Shown piece by piece: positions 39,597 through 49,325 of a DNA stretch of 64,000 bases. Made by a program: the position numbers and the translations under genes. Each line of letters begins with the position of its first letter. Position 1 is the stretch's first letter. This DNA is from an uncultured Planctomycetia bacterium (GTDB lineage Bacteria > Omnitrophota > Gorgyraeia > Duberdicusellales > 4484-171), in NCBI GenBank assembly GCA_964629655.1, contig CAZVQU010000001.1, forward strand, positions 20,788-84,787, in the 5' to 3' direction. Under the pieces are notes generated by a model that worked only from the letters and a program-made list of their open reading frames with translations, had not been told where the DNA came from and searched no databases.

Positions 39597-41629
39597 TTAT
39601 TCACATTCATAGATATGGGTATCCTGATATCATAATACTCCTGCAGGTTAAAACCATCAAATTGGATAACGTCTCCTGTTTGATAATGTTTCTCGCAACC
39701 TTTGGAAGATTCTCCCTCATTAGCTACATTATCGCGCAATATTTCATACACCTTTTCTTTCACGCGTGAAGAAATAAAAACATCCACCGGATTATCAGGA
39801 ATCGAAAAAAATATTTCATCGTCAGCAACTGCTGTAATGTCAAAGATGATTTTTATTGATGATAGACATTTTTTCAAAATATAAGCAATCTTTAAGGAAA
39901 ACATTATGCTTTCGCTACGAATATAAAAATAGAATACGCTGGTTCTTAAAGAAATTATTTCGTTAACTGAATCAAAGGTTTTCTGCGCAAAAATATCCGA
40001 AGCTATCAACGTATCCATATGCGATGACCAAAGATGCCTATTCTCATATGCCCAAAGGTAATGGAATCTCTCTCCCGCAGAATTATATAACTTAATATTA
40101 AAATCATAAATAGTCGGACTAAACCCCTTATCCTTCAAGTAAGAATAGATAGACGCGGTTTCGTATTGAGGTAAATCGATTCTTGCCGGAGGAACGACGA
40201 TCAATGCTACTGCATTAGCATCCTCGCCCTTCCTGAATCCTGCCTGGTTAACAATCACATTCTTAATCGCTAAATTCGACAGGATAAAAATCATTTCACG
40301 CACCCTTTTAATTCTCTCTTCTGGCCCTATGCCATTTTCGTCCACATAAAAACCTAAACCTTCCTTTAACCCCTGCTCGTTAATCCCAAAATCTTTAAGA
40401 TGAGTGCCGACATAAGAATTGTTCATAATCGAGAAAGAAGACACATTAGTAACTGTTGTGATATATTCCTTATTCTCCTTTATCGCCTTGGCTGTCTCAC
40501 TAAAATCATCTCGAGTCTCTGAAGGAAAACCTACAATAACATTAACATCAGTCATAATTCCTGCCTGATGGGTTAGCTTTATTATTCTCTTTGCGTCAGA
40601 TGAATCATAAAATTTGTTCATTTTTTTAAGAATTCTATCAGAAAAACTCTCAACCCCATAGCATAGAGAAAAACATCCTGCCTTTTTCATTTTTTTGAGA
40701 AGTTCAAATGTCATATCTTTTCTTATCATTGCATAGCTACCCCATGCGATATCCAATTTCGATTCAATGATACGGTCGCAGAGTGCTTCTAAATGTTTCA
40801 AATCTCCATTACAAGCCAAGTCGCAAAAAGAAAAAGCATTTCTCTTGTTTTCCTCTATGTGATATTTGAATTCTTCAACTATCCTTTCCGGAGATTTGAC
40901 ACGAAATTGTCCGCACATTAAATGATCTATACAAAAAACACATCTTCCTACGCAGCCACGAGTAATTAATATCGGGATAAAACTATTTTTATACTCTTCT
41001 AATTTAAAATCAGTACATTTTGGAAAGGGCAAACTGTCTATATTATCTATACAATAAGGTGTCGCGGGTTTAAAAAACTTATCTCTATCTGTAATTAACC
41101 CTTTTATTCCTTCAAAACTATCAGATTCTCTACTAAGTATTTTCTCTAAAGCCTCTTCTCCTTCGCCGACAACAATAATATCTATACTAGGGATATCTTC
41201 CTTGAATATAAGTCTCCTATCAATATCCCAAAAACAACCGGTTCCTCCGAAAATAATTTTTTTTCTTTTATCCTTTTTCTTAATCAGTGTTGCTATTCTT
41301 CCAGCAACACCTATGCTTGAAATATTTACAGAAAAACCGATATACTTAGCATCATACGACAATATCTCATCAACCAAGCTATCAATCTCCCGACTAAATG
41401 CCTTACAGACATTCCTGGTTATTTCAGGAATGGGCATAAAGTTAATATTGCAAATTTCCCAGAAAATACGCTTTTTTTTATCAGCTTTATGATAAAGCCT
41501 TAAATTAAAATCAATAATTTTAGGATTGAGACTCCTGCATCTTAAATACTCGGCGATATAAGCCAGCCCTAAAGGGGGCATGCTGGGTTCCCAAGGCGGA
41601 GGCATTACAAGAATAATATCTGCTGACAT
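39593..41629 (-). CDS. B12-binding radical SAM protein with a second, degenerate C-terminal B12-type domain
   Basis: PPLGLAY, TRGCVGRCVFC; the C-terminus (VVPP..YLKDKG..DFNIKLY) repeats the N-terminal domain. Confidence 0.88.
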   Translation of the reverse strand: MSADIILVMPPPWEPSMPPLGLAYIAEYLRCRSLNPKIIDFNLRLYHKADKKKRIFWEICNINFMPIPEITRNVCKAFSREIDSLVDEILSYDAKYIGFSVNISSIGVAGRIATLIKKKDKRKKIIFGGTGCFWDIDRRLIFKEDIPSIDIIVVGEGEEALEKILSRESDSFEGIKGLITDRDKFFKPATPYCIDNIDSLPFPKCTDFKLEEYKNSFIPILITRGCVGRCVFCIDHLMCGQFRVKSPERIVEEFKYHIEENKRNAFSFCDLACNGDLKHLEALCDRIIESKLDIAWGSYAMIRKDMTFELLKKMKKAGCFSLCYGVESFSDRILKKMNKFYDSSDAKRIIKLTHQAGIMTDVNVIVGFPSETRDDFSETAKAIKENKEYITTVTNVSSFSIMNNSYVGTHLKDFGINEQGLKEGLGFYVDENGIGPEERIKRVREMIFILSNLAIKNVIVNQAGFRKGEDANAVALIVVPPARIDLPQYETASIYSYLKDKGFSPTIYDFNIKLYNSAGERFHYLWAYENRHLWSSHMDTLIASDIFAQKTFDSVNEIISLRTSVFYFYIRSESIMFSLKIAYILKKCLSSIKIIFDITAVADDEIFFSIPDNPVDVFISSRVKEKVYEILRDNVANEGESSKGCEKHYQTGDVIQFDGFNLQEYYDIRIPISMNVNK

Positions 41630-41635
41630 TTTATA

Positions 41636-43033
41636 TTAACTATTAATTTTTATTTCTCCGTCGAAATACAAATATTTACCCGAGAAATATCTTTTATTAT
41701 CCGCTTTGTAGCATTTCAAAACTCTGGCATTAAAAATAGTTGAAGTATTCAATACAGCCATACGGTATCCTTCCTTTTGTGCTTTATCGCACAATGATAC
41801 TCGTGGCAGCTCCTTGATAGCATCAGCTTCAATTTTAACCGTATTTACAACTTTATTATCCTCCTCAAAAAGAGTTGGCCAATCATGGTCAAATAACGAA
41901 GGGGCAATACCCCTGGCCCCGTTGCTGGATGACCACCGATTATACTCCTCCCTTAACATAATATTAACTTGCTGTTCACCTTCAATTAACACTTGTCGCA
42001 AAAATTCAATTTCTATTTTTATTCCTATTATTTCTTTTCCCTTTAATTCTATCTCCCAGGTTTGGATTATAGGCAATGACTGCCACTTTCCCTTGAGCGT
42101 CATCTTCTTATCGTTTATCTTACTGACCTGCCAATCGGCATGTTCTGAATCCTGCCACGAGCTATCAGTAAAAATAGATACGTATAACCCAAAACCACTA
42201 GTTACTCTAAAGCCTTTTGAAAAAATACTCCCTTTGCCTTTATCAAAATAAAAACACAGCTTTTCATTTCTTAAAGTATATCTTTCAAATTCATCAAAAA
42301 TAGTTTTAGAAGGATAAATGTAGGCAATGGGTTTATTTAAATCGTGTATTTTGGATACAAAACTATTGAAATCTCTAGCTAAAACCAGTAATCGACGACT
42401 TCTAACCGAATCAAAACAGTGTTTCCTGTGGCAACAACCACCATAAGAAGGATAGTTGAGGGTAAACGCCTCCGAGCAAGACATCACAGTTGTAATTTCA
42501 TTTACCAAGCCAATGTTTTCACGCAAGAAATTAACTGTTTTATCACGATCAAGTTGCTCCTCTAAAGGATGCCCGAAAACTAAATTTATACCGACATCAA
42601 TCCCTGCGCTCCGGTATGCCTTTAATGCACTTAAAACGTCCCTTGTGGTAAATATCGCTCCTATTTTACTAAGTAAATTATCTGAAGCGCTAAATAACTC
42701 AACGATCACCTTCTTGCATCCTGCTTGTTTCATCCGCACTATAGAATCCGGTTTTATGCCAGGGTTTATTATCGCCGGAGCTGACCATTCTATGCGCATT
42801 TTTTTTTGCACAATAGCACGACAAAACTTGTCTAACTCCTCGATATCCAAATTACAAAAATCCACAAATTCAAACTTATCAATTCTATATTTTGTTAAAT
42901 AATATTTGATTTCGGATAAAAAGTGCTTGCAAGATTTAAGCTCTACTTTTAAATCGTGCCGTAAAGCACAAAGCTTATGCCAACATTCATTCCCTGTAGA
43001 ATGCTTTACATTCTCAGGCCAAACATCTTTCAT
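41636..43033 (-). CDS. Degenerate radical SAM barrel (no CxxxCxxC) + beta-rich repeat domain
   Basis: MKQAGCKK..ELFSASD..LVFGHP resembles the class B rSAM barrel; the cluster motif is eroded (ECWHKLCALR). Confidence 0.7.
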   Translation of the reverse strand: MKDVWPENVKHSTGNECWHKLCALRHDLKVELKSCKHFLSEIKYYLTKYRIDKFEFVDFCNLDIEELDKFCRAIVQKKMRIEWSAPAIINPGIKPDSIVRMKQAGCKKVIVELFSASDNLLSKIGAIFTTRDVLSALKAYRSAGIDVGINLVFGHPLEEQLDRDKTVNFLRENIGLVNEITTVMSCSEAFTLNYPSYGGCCHRKHCFDSVRSRRLLVLARDFNSFVSKIHDLNKPIAYIYPSKTIFDEFERYTLRNEKLCFYFDKGKGSIFSKGFRVTSGFGLYVSIFTDSSWQDSEHADWQVSKINDKKMTLKGKWQSLPIIQTWEIELKGKEIIGIKIEIEFLRQVLIEGEQQVNIMLREEYNRWSSSNGARGIAPSLFDHDWPTLFEEDNKVVNTVKIEADAIKELPRVSLCDKAQKEGYRMAVLNTSTIFNARVLKCYKADNKRYFSGKYLYFDGEIKINS

Positions 43034-43038
43034 ATTTA

Positions 43039-46000
43039 CTATTTAACTCCGGTTTGCAATTGACTATGCATTTTTTTGTTATGTATCAAATTATCACATT
43101 CTTTTATACACCCTATCTCTTTGAAATAAACATCCTCTTTAGATAGATGTTTTGCTTTAGCTCTAAACTTATCGTATGCCGAAGAATACCAAATCTCTTT
43201 AAAAGATTTTTCGTTTATATTACCCATTATTTTCTTAACCCCCCGACAGCAAGGCACAATGCTTCCGTCAGCCAAAATTCTTGTAAAAGTCCAACCAGAA
43301 TAGCAGGGAATTTTATTTATGGCTGACTTATCATATTCTCCTTTTTTAAAGTCCTCTTGAGGTGCAGACAACCTTCTTAAAAATCCTTCAAAAAACTCAA
43401 GGCAAATATTATCTTTTTTGCTTCTTTTTTCGATTTCCAAAGCTTTTCTAAGCAGCTGCTCCTTTTCTGCCAGGTCTAAGGAAAAAACATCTGTTTGATG
43501 CAAAAACACATCAGCAAAGGTAAAATAAAGCGCGTCTGCCCCATACCGGCGCCCGATATCATACATTCCTTCGAAATCCTGAAAATTATTATCCATGATC
43601 ACATTAGCAAAAGTGAGACGAGGCTTATGCTTTCTGATTTCTTTTAAATAAACCAGATTTTCCATTAACTTCTCAAAATATGCAGGTGTAGTCCCGGGGT
43701 GAACTTTGCCATAAACCTGAGGACTAGACGCCCAGATGCTTACACACAATTCTTCCAGATTCAAATCAACAAGTTCTTCTATCTCTTTTTTAGAAACCAA
43801 ACCGAAATTTGTAGTTATAGCTACCTGTAATTGTTTTTCCCGAGCGAATTCCACAGCTTCCATAAGGTTTTTATGCATAAAAGGCTCTCCTCCGCCGGTA
43901 AACCTAATTATTTTTGTGCCTAAAAAAGCTAAGTCTTCTATCAACTTAAAAAGCGCATCTTTTGATAATTCCTTTTCCAGCCAATCACAAGAAGGTTTAT
44001 CTTTGTTTAGTAATGGCGAATAAAGCCAGCACGATACGCATCTTAAGTTACACTTATTAGTAGGGTCGATTACTGCCTGCTGAGGGCCTGTGAAAGCTTT
44101 TCTTCCATGGGCAATTCCTGCAATAACAGGATCCTTGTGGTACTTCAGGTAGATTTTCTTATTTTGTGGTTTTATCCTGCGCGCAATTTTTAGCATATAA
44201 GCTATACCCTTAAGCAAACTCTTCTCCGGGAAGCTCAACATCAACAGCCTATTATGCATCCAGGTATTTCTGCCTATATCATCACAGCTTTTATAACAAC
44301 CGGCTTCTTTTATCTTAGGATCGTTGCCGATAAGTCTGAAAAACGGATCATCTTTCTTGCAAGCCAATGTCTTTTTCCTGAAATATTCCTGCTTTTGTGA
44401 ATTCCATATCTCAAAAAACCTATTTAGGTATAAAGATCCTGTGGGGATCCGATGGGCTTTAAGGCAAGAGTGAACTTCCCCGTTAGGAATTACCCTCGCG
44501 AAAAGCCAACCAATATAACAAGGCATACTGTCAATAATATTGCGGTCATACTTTGCCTGCTTTGCATCATGAGACACTGAGATTCTCCGTAAGAACTGGT
44601 CAAACTGAAAAATTAACACGCCGCTTTTCTTAAATTTATTTTGCCTATCTAATCCGGATTGAATTTCGATACAGGAACTCTGCAGATGCTTAAGCTGTGC
44701 TTCGTTTAAAGAAAGAGTATCCGTAACCCCGGGCATAGTATCAACCACGGTAAACTCCAAAGACTCGGCCTTAATTTCCCCGGCAAATTCAACCATCTCC
44801 CTAACTTCAAAATAATTCATGTTAAAAATAACATTGTAAAGCTTAATATAAGGCTTATCCTTTTTTCGACCATTAAGATAATTTAGATTCTCCTTTATCT
44901 TGTAAAAATCCCGGCTACTGCGGCCGGGGTGAGTTTTTACGTAAGTATCCGCCGTTGCTGCCCAGGTACTTACAGTAAGGAAATCTACCCCTATACTTAT
45001 AAGCTGATCCAGCCTTTCTTGATTAAGCAGAGTAAAATTAGTATTAACGTGGCAGGTTAAATTCTTCTTTTTCGTATATTCCAAAATTTCCATAATCTGA
45101 GGATGCATAAACGGCTCACCGCTTCCTGAATAATAGACTTCTACTGCGCCCATACAAGATATCTCATCAAGGAGCTCTCTAACTAGCGCCAACGGTAAAT
45201 ATTGTTTTTTCTTCTCTTCAGAGAGTCGCGGTGTCTTAAAAAAAGGGGAATTACACCAACATGCAATACAAGTATTATTGCAATTATTGGTTAAGTCTAT
45301 CTGGACATGGAACGGACCTTTGTAGCCATGTTTTCTATCATATATGCCTAAAATCTCTAGATATCTGTCTTTTAAATTCCCAGGGATTATATTGTATATA
45401 ATCCGTTTAATTGTTTCTTTAACCCCGTCTCTTGAAGCGCAATTCTTAAACGTTCTAAAATACGATATCTTTTTTTTCTTCCCCTTCGCCGGCGCCCTCC
45501 CCTTTTTTGTATTCTTAGAAGCATCTTTTCCGGCAAATTCCTTCATTGTTTTTTCAATTCCTAAATTCATACCCCAGTTATCACAACTTTTGATACAATT
45601 CAGCTTAGAAAAGTATTTATCACTTTTCGGCAAATTCTTGGCTTTGAATCTAAATTCTTCATACAAAGAAGAATGCCATATCCTGGAAAAATCCGTTTTA
45701 TAAAGATTACCTAAAGGTAATTCCGCTGCCTTACAGCAGGGGATAACACTTCCGTCAGTCAAAACACGTGCATAATACCATCCCATATAGCATGAAACGG
45801 CGTTAACCTGTTTCTCGTATATGCCCTTTTCTAAGTCAGAACAAAACAACCTCCTTAAAAAAGAGCCTATTCCCAATATATTTAATAACTTTACACTAAT
45901 TGCCGCTTTATTATCTAAGCAATTAACCTTCTCTATACAGCTTCCACAGGCTTGGCTCTTAAGCTTATACCAAAAAACAGCGGGATGAGTATCTTTGGTA

Positions 46001-46938
46001 GAGGTAGATTCAGATACGATAATTCTTTTATCGCTTATCTCGCAGCCTTTTTTACAGGTCAAAGAATTACTGTATTGGGAAGCATGAAAATCTTCTTGAT
46101 AGTCTTTCCAAATTTTACCAAAATCAAGAAATTCTTCTTTTGTAAATTCATCTAACGCAGTCCGGAGTGGTGCATTAAAAGGTACTAAATCGCTCCTTTG
46201 CCTTACCCTCTCCAGCTGCCTTGCTATTTCCTCTCTATCCGTCTCTGTAAGCGACAATATATCGGTTTTACCATAAATAATATCTACAACTTGAAACTCT
46301 ATTGAGTCACCGTCTACCCGCTTAGCGAATTCAACCATCCCCTCAATATCATTAGAATTTTTGCTACAAATTACATTATACAGTTTAAGATGCGGTTTCA
46401 GAAAGCCACGCTTTTTCTTATAGAAAGACAGCCTCGTTAAATTGTCCGCGACTTTCTCAAAATCTGCTTCAACTTTCCCGGGATGAGTCAAAATGTATGT
46501 TGCAGGATTTCCAGCCCATATACTTGCTGTGATCAGATCAACTTTAGATTTAACAAGCAGCTCGGCTATTTCTTCATTAATAGACGCTGCGCTGGTAATT
46601 ATATTTAAATATATGTCTTTCGATTTAATTATGCGTATTACCTCTTTTATCTCCGGGTACAAAAAAGGTTCTCCTGAACCGGATAAAATTATCTCCCGGG
46701 TTCCCATGCTATATAAATCCTTTATCAGCTTTTTAACCATCCGAAACGGGAGCTGTTTCCCGCCTTTTGCAAAAACCTCCTTGCTTCTGACTAAAGGCGA
46801 GTGGATCCAGCACCCAATACAGGTATTATTGCATTTATCGGTTAAGTCTATCTGAACAATATGGGGCCCACGAAATGCTTTCTTCCCATTTCCAATACCA
46901 TCGGATATTCTTTTCCACATATCGAGATTTTTCTTCAT
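43039..46938 (-). CDS. Triple radical SAM/twitch polyprotein
   Basis: CNNTCIGC, CNNTCIAC, CNLRCVSC, each followed by GxGEPF and a CY.GW..G...(P/S)C..C...CD twitch domain. Confidence 0.93.
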   Translation of the reverse strand: MKKNLDMWKRISDGIGNGKKAFRGPHIVQIDLTDKCNNTCIGCWIHSPLVRSKEVFAKGGKQLPFRMVKKLIKDLYSMGTREIILSGSGEPFLYPEIKEVIRIIKSKDIYLNIITSAASINEEIAELLVKSKVDLITASIWAGNPATYILTHPGKVEADFEKVADNLTRLSFYKKKRGFLKPHLKLYNVICSKNSNDIEGMVEFAKRVDGDSIEFQVVDIIYGKTDILSLTETDREEIARQLERVRQRSDLVPFNAPLRTALDEFTKEEFLDFGKIWKDYQEDFHASQYSNSLTCKKGCEISDKRIIVSESTSTKDTHPAVFWYKLKSQACGSCIEKVNCLDNKAAISVKLLNILGIGSFLRRLFCSDLEKGIYEKQVNAVSCYMGWYYARVLTDGSVIPCCKAAELPLGNLYKTDFSRIWHSSLYEEFRFKAKNLPKSDKYFSKLNCIKSCDNWGMNLGIEKTMKEFAGKDASKNTKKGRAPAKGKKKKISYFRTFKNCASRDGVKETIKRIIYNIIPGNLKDRYLEILGIYDRKHGYKGPFHVQIDLTNNCNNTCIACWCNSPFFKTPRLSEEKKKQYLPLALVRELLDEISCMGAVEVYYSGSGEPFMHPQIMEILEYTKKKNLTCHVNTNFTLLNQERLDQLISIGVDFLTVSTWAATADTYVKTHPGRSSRDFYKIKENLNYLNGRKKDKPYIKLYNVIFNMNYFEVREMVEFAGEIKAESLEFTVVDTMPGVTDTLSLNEAQLKHLQSSCIEIQSGLDRQNKFKKSGVLIFQFDQFLRRISVSHDAKQAKYDRNIIDSMPCYIGWLFARVIPNGEVHSCLKAHRIPTGSLYLNRFFEIWNSQKQEYFRKKTLACKKDDPFFRLIGNDPKIKEAGCYKSCDDIGRNTWMHNRLLMLSFPEKSLLKGIAYMLKIARRIKPQNKKIYLKYHKDPVIAGIAHGRKAFTGPQQAVIDPTNKCNLRCVSCWLYSPLLNKDKPSCDWLEKELSKDALFKLIEDLAFLGTKIIRFTGGGEPFMHKNLMEAVEFAREKQLQVAITTNFGLVSKKEIEELVDLNLEELCVSIWASSPQVYGKVHPGTTPAYFEKLMENLVYLKEIRKHKPRLTFANVIMDNNFQDFEGMYDIGRRYGADALYFTFADVFLHQTDVFSLDLAEKEQLLRKALEIEKRSKKDNICLEFFEGFLRRLSAPQEDFKKGEYDKSAINKIPCYSGWTFTRILADGSIVPCCRGVKKIMGNINEKSFKEIWYSSAYDKFRAKAKHLSKEDVYFKEIGCIKECDNLIHNKKMHSQLQTGVK

Positions 46939-49325
46939 AATTTTCCTATAAACTTCTGCCGATCAAAACGAAGATAGTTCAAATAGCTCCTTGTCTTCCT
47001 AAAGGCTGTACCTAAGCCATGATTCTGCCAATATTTGAGGAATTTTTTTATATTGCCCAAGGCTCCTCTCTTCTGCCTCTGATGGTCAGCCCACAACCTA
47101 TAGGCATGCTGCTTTGCTTCTTCCAGCTCAGCCGAAGAAAGATTATCTGGTTGAAAAACGCAGCTGTTGTGGCCATCATACATAGAAAAATCTTTGGTTA
47201 AGATTTTGCCTCTTTTATCTAATTCTTCAAAAAGCGCTGTTCCCGGAAAAGGGGTAATTATAGAAAATTGCACAGAATGAGGGTCTAATTCTAAAGCGTA
47301 ATCGATAGTGCCTTTGATTGTCTCTCTGGTCTCTCCGGGAAGGCCGAAAGAAAACGTTAAATGGACATTTATTCCTAACGATTTAGTATATTTAATCACT
47401 CTTTCTGCTTTCCTTAAATCCAAGCTCTTTCCGCATCTATCCACTAATTCTTGTGAAGCACTCTCTACTCCATACTTTACCGCATGCAGACCGGCCTCTT
47501 TCATCTTATCCAGAATTTCCTCATCCATTAAATCCGCTTTCGCCATAATAGCCCAGGGAACCTTGCCCAAGCCTCTTCCTATAATTTCATCACATAGCTT
47601 TATCATCCTGTCTTTGCCTATATTGAAAGTATCATCATCAAAATATATAGATTTAAACCCCCGCTTGAGGATTAAATGTTCCATCTCACCCACCACATCA
47701 TCTACATCCCTCACCCTATAGGCCTTGCTGCCAAAAAAGGCCTGTGGCCATAAACAAAAGTTACAGCGAAAAGGACACCCTCGAGAAGCAACCATTTGAG
47801 CTGAAGGATGAGGTATATTTCCCGGCAAATCCCAATATTTCTCCATCGGGAGGCTATCTCCTCGATAAGGCCAGGGTAAAAAATCTAACTCAAAAGGTTC
47901 CCGAAAACGATTTTTAACCACATTGTTATCCTGATCTTTCCAAATAAGACCTTTTATATGGGAAAGGTCCTTTTCTCCTTGAGAAATAGCCTTAACTAAT
48001 TCAAGAAGGGTAAACTCATACTCTCCAAACAAAATAAAATCGATAAAGTCACTCTTTGCTAAAAATTCCGGTTTGCAGATTTCCGGATGCGGGCCGCATA
48101 AAATTACAGGAATATTCATCAACGATATTTTCCTTAACACTCCCATATCGTGATAAAAAGAAGGGACAGAGGTTTCAGTAACTAAAACATCAAAATCCAT
48201 CACAGATAGCTTCTCCAAGAATTTACCTTCAGGAGTTATCTCAGCAATAGCATCTATTAAACTAGCTTCAACATTATTTTTTATCAAAAGGGAAGTAGCA
48301 TAGGCGAGAAAAAATGGGAAAGGTAAGTAGTTGTTCTCGCTCCTATCTTTGATATGCGGCCAGCGGGAACCGGCCCTTACGCCCCAACTCCCTTCTTTTT
48401 GCCAAGGAAAATTGGTTAACAGCACTTTTAATTTCTTTTTTAGCTTTCTACTTTTTGTCTTTTCCTTTATTGTTGCCCTGAAACAATTTTGGCGTAAATT
48501 TTCTATTTTTTTATCTAACAAATTATCTTTTTCAAATAAGTTCATCCTTCCGGAAAAAAGGTGGTGATGTCCCGGATAATAAACGCCTTCATCCATAGGG
48601 CTTACGCACCTAAAACCGATAACATGAACATTAATATTTGAAGGTGGCTTCTGAATGAGTGCAAATACTTGCTCTTCGCTATTTTGGCACTCCAGCAACA
48701 GAGAAGGTAAAAATTCATCACCGACAGAAAACCTTGCTCCTACTAAAGAAGTAGGAATATTATCCGAGCAAAGGCCTTGCCAATGGTTACTTGGACGAGG
48801 AAAGTCTCCCTGTTGAAAATTATAAATCCAGGTTTTATACTCGGGGTTGACCTGACATATTACGCAGAAATCATCAATATCCATCCATTCTTCTATTTCA
48901 ATAGATATATCCAGATATATTTGACACCCCTCTGTTATTCTCAATACCCAAATCTGGCTTAAGGGCAATTCTTTAAAGGTCACTTTAACCTTGAAATTGT
49001 CTTTACCCATATCTAAAATTTGCCAATCTGCCTTTGTAGAATCTGTCGACAATCCCAAAGTATTAATGCCTACGTTTAAACCCGCCCCTCCAGTAACTTC
49101 AATATCATTGAAATAAATATTTATTCCGAATCCGGAATGAATTATTCTAATATTTCCTTTTGCAATAACATGCACTTTCGGTTGCTTAAGCTTAGCCTCT
49201 TTCCCCTCGGCTAAAAATTTTCTGACTAAAAAAATAAAATATTTAACTCCTCTCAAAAGAGCATAAAATAAACCACCGATTTTCAGATGCTGCCAGAATT
49301 TTCGACAGCTATTTCTAAAATTCAA
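46935..49325 (-). CDS. Beta-rich repeat domain + B12-binding radical SAM (HpnJ-like N-motif)
   Basis: RAGSRWPH, PFPFFLAYA, GEYE, SRGCPFRCNFC, DDDTF, YGVES. Confidence 0.9.
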   Translation of the reverse strand: MNFRNSCRKFWQHLKIGGLFYALLRGVKYFIFLVRKFLAEGKEAKLKQPKVHVIAKGNIRIIHSGFGINIYFNDIEVTGGAGLNVGINTLGLSTDSTKADWQILDMGKDNFKVKVTFKELPLSQIWVLRITEGCQIYLDISIEIEEWMDIDDFCVICQVNPEYKTWIYNFQQGDFPRPSNHWQGLCSDNIPTSLVGARFSVGDEFLPSLLLECQNSEEQVFALIQKPPSNINVHVIGFRCVSPMDEGVYYPGHHHLFSGRMNLFEKDNLLDKKIENLRQNCFRATIKEKTKSRKLKKKLKVLLTNFPWQKEGSWGVRAGSRWPHIKDRSENNYLPFPFFLAYATSLLIKNNVEASLIDAIAEITPEGKFLEKLSVMDFDVLVTETSVPSFYHDMGVLRKISLMNIPVILCGPHPEICKPEFLAKSDFIDFILFGEYEFTLLELVKAISQGEKDLSHIKGLIWKDQDNNVVKNRFREPFELDFLPWPYRGDSLPMEKYWDLPGNIPHPSAQMVASRGCPFRCNFCLWPQAFFGSKAYRVRDVDDVVGEMEHLILKRGFKSIYFDDDTFNIGKDRMIKLCDEIIGRGLGKVPWAIMAKADLMDEEILDKMKEAGLHAVKYGVESASQELVDRCGKSLDLRKAERVIKYTKSLGINVHLTFSFGLPGETRETIKGTIDYALELDPHSVQFSIITPFPGTALFEELDKRGKILTKDFSMYDGHNSCVFQPDNLSSAELEEAKQHAYRLWADHQRQKRGALGNIKKFLKYWQNHGLGTAFRKTRSYLNYLRFDRQKFIGKL

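Noticed and set aside
29797-49325. Calling the rSAMs bchE or hpnJ
   Set aside because: Only family-level motif resemblance; there are no bacteriochlorophyll or hopanoid genes in the window.
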